DNA of 10,721 nucleotides. Origin: Pseudomonadota bacterium. Its GTDB lineage: Bacteria > Pseudomonadota > Alphaproteobacteria > RF32 > CAG-239. The stretch covers positions 1-10,721 of the forward strand of contig CAKJXZ020000059.1 of the NCBI GenBank assembly GCA_918234285.1, written 5' to 3'. A model generated the notes under the pieces. It saw only the letters and a program-made list of their open reading frames with translations. It did no database searches and was not told the DNA's origin. Positions 6,165-10,721 of this stretch are shown here, piece by piece (position 1 is the stretch's first letter; each line of letters opens with the position of its first letter). The translations under genes and the position numbers were made by a program.

Positions 6165-8624
6165 TTATTCTACCGGCTTAATGTTCCAAATTTCTTTGGC
6201 GTATTCCATAATGGAACGGTCGCTGGAGAAATAGCCGATACGCGCCACATTCATAATTGCTTTCTTGGTCCACAAATCTTTGTTGACGTAATCTTTTTCC
6301 GCCCTATGAATGGTGTTATTGAAGTCTTCCAAATCGGCCAAAATAAAGTAGTAGTCGCTGTTGAGCAACAAATCAAAAATCGGCGTAAACTGCTGCGGAT
6401 AGTTGGCATCGGCAAACATCGCTGAGTTGACCGCATTCAAAATACGTTTGATATACTCCGAATTTTCGTAAATCGCGCGCGGATTGTAGTCGCGGCGGCG
6501 CTCTCTGATTTCTTCTTCAGTCAAACCGAACAGGTAGAAGTTATCTGCACCGACGGCCTCGCGAATTTCGATATTGGCACCGTCATAAGTACCGACCGTC
6601 AGCGCACCGTTCAAGGCGAATTTCATATTGCTGGTACCGGATGCTTCAAAGCCGGCGGTAGAAATCTGGCAGCTGACATCGGCCGCCGGAATCAAATATT
6701 CCGCCACCGACACTTTATAGTCCGGAATAAATACCACCTTGAGCAAGTCATCAACCCGGGAATCATTATTAATCACCTCAGCCACATTGTTAATCAGCTT
6801 AATGATTAATTTTGCCAAAGTGTATGACGGGGCGGCTTTGCCGGCAAAAATGTACGTTTTCGGTGTAGTCGGACGAACGTGGTCGTTAATCAGCGCCAGA
6901 TAATCGCCGATAACCTGCAAAATCGTCATTAATTGGCGCTTATATTCGTGGATGCGCTTGGCATGAACAATGCACATACTGTCCGGATTAATCATAATAT
7001 GGGTTGCCTTGTAGGCGTTTTGCACCAGACGACGCTTGTTATGCTGCTTGATTTCTCGGAACTTTTTGCAGAAAGTTTTTTCGTTGGCATATTTTTCAAG
7101 CGCGCGCAACAAATCAAGGTCGGTAATCCAATCGTTGCCGATTTTTTCCTGGATAAGCGTTGCCAGTTCGTTGTTGGCATGCAACAGCCAGCGCCGCGGA
7201 GTAATACCATTGGTAATGTTGTGGAATTTTTCCGGCCACAGCTCATAAAATTCCGGCACCAGCGAATGTTTTACCAACTCGGAGTGCAACTTAGCCACAC
7301 CGTTGACCGAGAACGAGCCGACAATCGAAAGATTGGCCATCCGAATAACCTGATTATCGCCTTCGCCGTCAACAATGGCCACTTTGCCCAGTTTATACGC
7401 ATCTTCGCCAAAGCGGGAACGGGCAAATTCCATAAAGCGGCGGTTGATTTCATAAATAATCTGCAGGTGCCGCGGCAAATAATGGCTTATGATGTTGCTC
7501 GGCCATTTTTCCAATGCTTCCGGCAACAAAGTATGGTTGGTATAGGCAAAGACTTTTGTAACAATGGCCCATGCTTCGTCCCACTCCTGATTATAAACAT
7601 CCAACAGCTGCCGCATCATCTCGACAATCGCCAACGCCGGATGGGTGTCGTTGAGCTGAATGCAGACATAATCCGGAAGTTTGCTGAAGTCGTTGCTCTT
7701 TTCCATAAAGCGGCGAATAATATCCTGAATGGCACACGAAACAAAGAAATATTGCTGTATCAGGCGCAATTCCTTGCCGGAAACGACGTTATCCGACGGA
7801 TACAACACTTTGGATATGGTTTCGGTACGGATTTTATCGCGCACGGCCTCAATATAGCCGCCGTTATTGAAAATATTTAAATCCAATTCTTCGTCGGTTT
7901 TGGCCGAGAACAAACGCAAATAGTTAACCGACTTGCCGTCATATCCCACAATCGGGAAATCGTACGGTACACCGTATAATCTGTTGGTATCGGCCCAAAT
8001 ATAACCGATTTTACCGTTAGGCTTATTGTACATTTCAACGTGTCCGCCAATCGGAATGGTGACGGTGCGGTCATAACGGGCAAATTGCCACGGCGAATTT
8101 TCTTCAAGCCAACTGTCGGCCTGTTCTACCTGATAGCCGTTTTCAAACTTTTGCTTAAACAACCCGAATTGATAGTTAATGCCGTAGCCGAACCCCGGAA
8201 TACCGAGAGAAGCCATCGAATCAAGATAACCGGCGGCCAAACGCCCCAAACCGCCGTTGCCGAGCGCCGGATCATATTCGGCATCAAAAATTTCCTGCAG
8301 CGACAAATCCGGCCAACCGTCGATTTTAATGCTTTGCAAAATATCGTACAGTCCGAGGTTATATAAGTTGTTTTCAAGCGAACGCCCGATAAGATATTCT
8401 ATGGAGAGATAATAAATACGCTTTGAGCCAACCTGATTGTAACGAGCGATGGTTTCATACATTTTATCCATGGCAAATTCGCGTACGGCCAATGCTACCA
8501 CGTTAAACGCTTCTTCTTTGGTGATTTCGCAAGCGCGCTTACCGATAAAATATTTAATATAGTGTTCGATGGAAAGTTTTAATCTGGCGGCATCTAACAC
8601 GTTCAAGTATTTTTCTTCTTTCAC
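6165..8624 (-). CDS. glgP: Glycogen/starch/maltodextrin (alpha-glucan) phosphorylase, GT35
   Basis: Motifs DPALGNGGLGRLAA, IQLNDTHPAL, AYTNHTLLPEALE, KRIHEYKRQ and the PLP-lysine motif EASGTSNMKFALNG. The maximal ORF starts at ATG 8651, but GTG 8624 has SD GGGAGA 6 nt upstream and gives 819 aa, so it is preferred. glgP and malP cannot be distinguished from sequence alone. Confidence 0.95.
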   Translation of the reverse strand: MKEEKYLNVLDAARLKLSIEHYIKYFIGKRACEITKEEAFNVVALAVREFAMDKMYETIARYNQVGSKRIYYLSIEYLIGRSLENNLYNLGLYDILQSIKIDGWPDLSLQEIFDAEYDPALGNGGLGRLAAGYLDSMASLGIPGFGYGINYQFGLFKQKFENGYQVEQADSWLEENSPWQFARYDRTVTIPIGGHVEMYNKPNGKIGYIWADTNRLYGVPYDFPIVGYDGKSVNYLRLFSAKTDEELDLNIFNNGGYIEAVRDKIRTETISKVLYPSDNVVSGKELRLIQQYFFVSCAIQDIIRRFMEKSNDFSKLPDYVCIQLNDTHPALAIVEMMRQLLDVYNQEWDEAWAIVTKVFAYTNHTLLPEALEKWPSNIISHYLPRHLQIIYEINRRFMEFARSRFGEDAYKLGKVAIVDGEGDNQVIRMANLSIVGSFSVNGVAKLHSELVKHSLVPEFYELWPEKFHNITNGITPRRWLLHANNELATLIQEKIGNDWITDLDLLRALEKYANEKTFCKKFREIKQHNKRRLVQNAYKATHIMINPDSMCIVHAKRIHEYKRQLMTILQVIGDYLALINDHVRPTTPKTYIFAGKAAPSYTLAKLIIKLINNVAEVINNDSRVDDLLKVVFIPDYKVSVAEYLIPAADVSCQISTAGFEASGTSNMKFALNGALTVGTYDGANIEIREAVGADNFYLFGLTEEEIRERRRDYNPRAIYENSEYIKRILNAVNSAMFADANYPQQFTPIFDLLLNSDYYFILADLEDFNNTIHRAEKDYVNKDLWTKKAIMNVARIGYFSSDRSIMEYAKEIWNIKPVE

Positions 8625-8646
8625 AGTATATCTCCCATAATATTTT

Positions 8647-8675
8647 AACATACCGATTTATACCGATATATGCAA
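8647..8675 (-). promoter_or_regulatory. Candidate glgP promoter overlapped by a 10-bp tandem direct repeat
   Basis: Minus strand TTGCAT (8675-8670), 17 nt, TATGTT (8652-8647); an alternative TG-n-TAAAAT lies at 8650-8642. ATACCGATTT/ATACCGATAT repeat at 8650-8669. Confidence 0.4.
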
Positions 8676-8807
8676 AATTGATTGAAAATCTTTTAACAAT
8701 ATAACACGATTATTTATAAATTGAAGATAACTTTTAACTTATCATTTATTTTTTTTAAAATCGGCTGTATAAACTGATGAAAAAGGAACTAAAAGTGAGA
8801 TAAAACA

Positions 8808-10172
8808 ATGAAATATATGAATAAAACTTTTATTATGGCGATGGCGGCCGGCGTGTTGATAAGTTCTTCCGCCGCAGCCGAAACTATTTTTGAAGCCATG
8901 TCGGCAGCGTATAATACCAACCCGACACTGCACGGCCAACGTGCAACCAGCGGTGCGACCAATGAAGATGCCGCTTTGGCACGTTCCGGATTTCGTCCGA
9001 CAATTGCCGCCGGTGCCAGTTATGCCGACAGCCATTCACATACTACCGGCAATCCGACCAACGACGGATACAATAAAGGTTATAAAGGAACCATTAAGCA
9101 ATCGTTGTTCAGCGGCGGACAAACTTATAACAGCGTAAAAGCCGCAGACCAACAGGCAAAATCCGGAATTGATATGCTGTATGCCGTAGAACAAGATGTT
9201 TTGCTTGATGCTTCTACCGCTTATTTGGATGTGGTGCGGGATGAAGCCATTGTCAGACTGCAAAAAAATAACGAAAATCTGCTGAAAAAACAGCTTGATG
9301 AAACTATGGCTCGTTATAACGTCGGTGAAGTTACGCGTACCGATGTGGCGCAATCACGTGCCAGTTATGCGCAATCACGCGCCGATTTGGTTTTGGCTGA
9401 GGGTAATTTGGAAGTTTCGCGCGATTATTATCATCGTATTGTCGGCCATTTGCCGGGAGATGTTAAGTTTCCGGAAAATTTGGATGAGCGCTTTCCGACC
9501 ACAGACAGAGCGGCTATGAAATATGCCATTGAAAATAACTATACGTTGAGTGCGGCCAAGCGTGCAATGAAAGCAGCCAAATATAATGTTAAGAGTAAAG
9601 AAGGTGCTCTGTTGCCGGAAGTCAGTTTTTCTGCAAGTTCGGGCAGAAATAAAGTTTCAACGCATACCGGACGCGATCCTTCCACACACAGCACGGAATA
9701 TGTGCTTGATATGTCGGTTCCGTTATACTCCGGCGGTTCCACGCGTGCCAACATTCGAAAGAGTAAATATCAGCGTTGGGCTGCGCGTGAACAGTTGCAA
9801 GAGGCGGAACGAGCGGTGGTTTCCGGCGTTACGGCCAACTGGGCGATGATGCAGGCCAGTAAATCCAATATTGCCTCCATCGGCGAACAGGTAAAAGCTT
9901 CGGAAATCGCTTTGGAGGGAACACAGAAAGAAGAAGCACTCGGTAACCGTACGGTTTTGGATGTGCTTAACGCTTATCAGACTTTGTTGCAATCGCAGGT
10001 AAGTGAAGTGAAAGCTCGCCACGACTATTATGTTGCCGGTTTGCAATTGTTGCAGTCAATGGGTAAACTGACCGCGAAAAAACTCGGCTTAAGAGTCAAT
10101 TATTACGATGCCGAAGCCAACTACTACAAGACCAGAGGGAAGTGGTTGACCTTATCCATCGAAGACGAATAA
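8808..10172 (+). CDS. tolC: TolC family outer-membrane efflux/type I secretion channel
   Basis: 454 aa with a signal peptide (AMAAGVLISSSAAA|ETI), AYNTNPTL, and two OEP halves containing NVGEVTRTDVAQS and GNRTVLDVLNA, typical of alphaproteobacterial TolC. The start could alternatively be ATG 8817. Confidence 0.93.
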   Translation: MKYMNKTFIMAMAAGVLISSSAAAETIFEAMSAAYNTNPTLHGQRATSGATNEDAALARSGFRPTIAAGASYADSHSHTTGNPTNDGYNKGYKGTIKQSLFSGGQTYNSVKAADQQAKSGIDMLYAVEQDVLLDASTAYLDVVRDEAIVRLQKNNENLLKKQLDETMARYNVGEVTRTDVAQSRASYAQSRADLVLAEGNLEVSRDYYHRIVGHLPGDVKFPENLDERFPTTDRAAMKYAIENNYTLSAAKRAMKAAKYNVKSKEGALLPEVSFSASSGRNKVSTHTGRDPSTHSTEYVLDMSVPLYSGGSTRANIRKSKYQRWAAREQLQEAERAVVSGVTANWAMMQASKSNIASIGEQVKASEIALEGTQKEEALGNRTVLDVLNAYQTLLQSQVSEVKARHDYYVAGLQLLQSMGKLTAKKLGLRVNYYDAEANYYKTRGKWLTLSIEDE

Positions 10173-10200
10173 AAACCCGTATAATAAAAACCCGTATAAT
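10168..10200 (+). repeat. Perfect 15-bp tandem duplication AATAAAAACCCGTAT x2 (+AAT) spanning the tolC stop codon
   Basis: Identical units at 10168-10182 and 10183-10197; the tolC TAA is at 10170-10172. Confidence 0.9.
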
Positions 10201-10201
10201 G

Positions 10202-10511
10202 GGTAACTACTTGGGGGATTTTTCCTCGTGTACTTCTTTTGTACACGTCGTCAAAATCCCCCTTCGTATTTACCGCATTCTCCGGGTTTTTTGCGTTTTA
10301 TGTACCTTTTGTTGTACACCGCGTCAAGGGACTTTCTGCGTATTTACACACGTTAACAGGGTTTTTCCGATTATTTCGCGCGGGCCGAAGACGTCGTGAG
10401 CTTTAGCGAAGGACAAACGCTTTTTTTCTATCAGACTCATTCTCCTGGTTTCTAACTGCCGTGCCGGTTGTCGTCAAAATCCCTTCGTATTTACCGCGTT
10501 GTCCGAGTTTC
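10202..10511. repeat. Cluster of degenerate palindromic/direct repeats (core CGTCAA-N8-11-CGTATTTAC), including a 73-nt imperfect hairpin
   Basis: GTCGTCAAAATCCC(CC)TTCGTATTTACCGC occurs at 10247-10276 and 10470-10497, with a diverged copy at 10322-10347. An inverted copy at 10202-10233 pairs with 10241-10274. CATTCTCC recurs at 10276-10283 and 10438-10445. Confidence 0.8.
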
Positions 10512-10600
10512 AGTTGGTGTATTTTTTATGTGAACAGTATGAAGATTCACGCATAAAACTCTATTAAATGATATTTTTATTATGATAAATAAGAAAATAC

Positions 10601-10629
10601 TTGACAGTTAGTGACTTGTGTGCTACAAA
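10601..10629 (+). promoter_or_regulatory. Putative sigma70 promoter
   Basis: TTGACA (10601-10606), 17 nt, TACAAA (10624-10629). It shares GTGTGCTACA with the promoter at 5871 and has a very AT-rich upstream region. Confidence 0.65.
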
Positions 10630-10634
10630 AATTA

Positions 10635-10703
10635 CCATAATGGATTCGTGGGTGAATTCGTTACATAAGGTCGAACGCAAATTTTAGTCTGCGTTCTTTT
10701 TTT
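10635..10703 (+). ncRNA. Candidate short leader/attenuator or sRNA with two hairpins and a 15-codon mini-ORF
   Basis: It lies between the promoter and a terminator. Hairpin TAATGGATTC/GAATTCGTTA spans 10638-10663 with G-U pairs. ORF 10640-10687 encodes MDSWVNSLHKVERKF. The 5' end is approximate. Confidence 0.35.
10673..10703 (+). terminator. Intrinsic terminator
   Basis: GAACGCA (10673-10679) pairs with TGCGTTC (10690-10696), followed immediately by T7 (10697-10703). Confidence 0.72.
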
Positions 10704-10721
10704 GTATTAATACTTGAAAAC

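Noticed and set aside
6933-7880. 315-aa plus-strand ORF
   Set aside because: Antisense shadow of glgP.
146-8651. Frequent CGGCAA/TTGCCG hexamer as a possible DNA uptake sequence, given comEC
   Set aside because: The copies noticed are in coding DNA and can be explained by TTG-CCG and nTT-GCC-G codon pairs. There is no longer conserved core or clustering in terminators. A genome-wide k-mer test would be needed.
10142-10399. 85-aa plus-strand ORF after tolC
   Set aside because: It overlaps the tolC end, has no SD, and simply reads through the tandem duplication and palindromic repeats.
10324-10440. 38-codon minus-strand ORF (MSLIEKKRLSF...) preceded by AGGAGA
   Set aside because: The SD-like sequence directly abuts the ATG with no spacer, and GGAGAATG is itself part of the repeat unit.
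10202-10511. Repeat cluster as a CRISPR array, integron attC array, hammerhead/glmS ribozyme or MORN-repeat pseudogene
   Set aside because: The repeats are degenerate and irregularly spaced, and no cas or intI gene is present. Proper RYYYAAC/GTTRRRY ends and a complete CUGAnGA...GAAA core are absent. The GKYEG-like translation goes out of frame in every copy.

Overview
The window looks chromosomal and comes from a Gram-negative bacterium, probably an alphaproteobacterium (inferred from the lpxI-lpxB pair, an alpha-type ComEC and TolC). The left half is a tightly coupled minus-strand operon, lpxI-lpxB-comEC-DUF805-DUF805, with ATGA overlaps at all four junctions, followed by tRNA-Gly(CCC) with its own promoter. 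The gap at 5365-6164 holds two self-contained orphan mini-genes: a 90-aa ORF and a 46-aa Lys/Arg-rich ORF missing from the ORF track. Each has a TTGACA-N17 promoter, an AT-rich leader without a Shine-Dalgarno (SD) site and an intrinsic terminator. A stand-alone glycogen/maltodextrin phosphorylase (minus strand) and a divergent TolC-family gene follow. Downstream of tolC are a 15-bp tandem duplication, a cluster of degenerate palindromic repeats, and a promoter driving a ~70-nt terminated leader or sRNA containing a 15-codon mini-ORF. No integrase, transposase or CRISPR array is visible. All calls come from reading the sequence; no searches were run.
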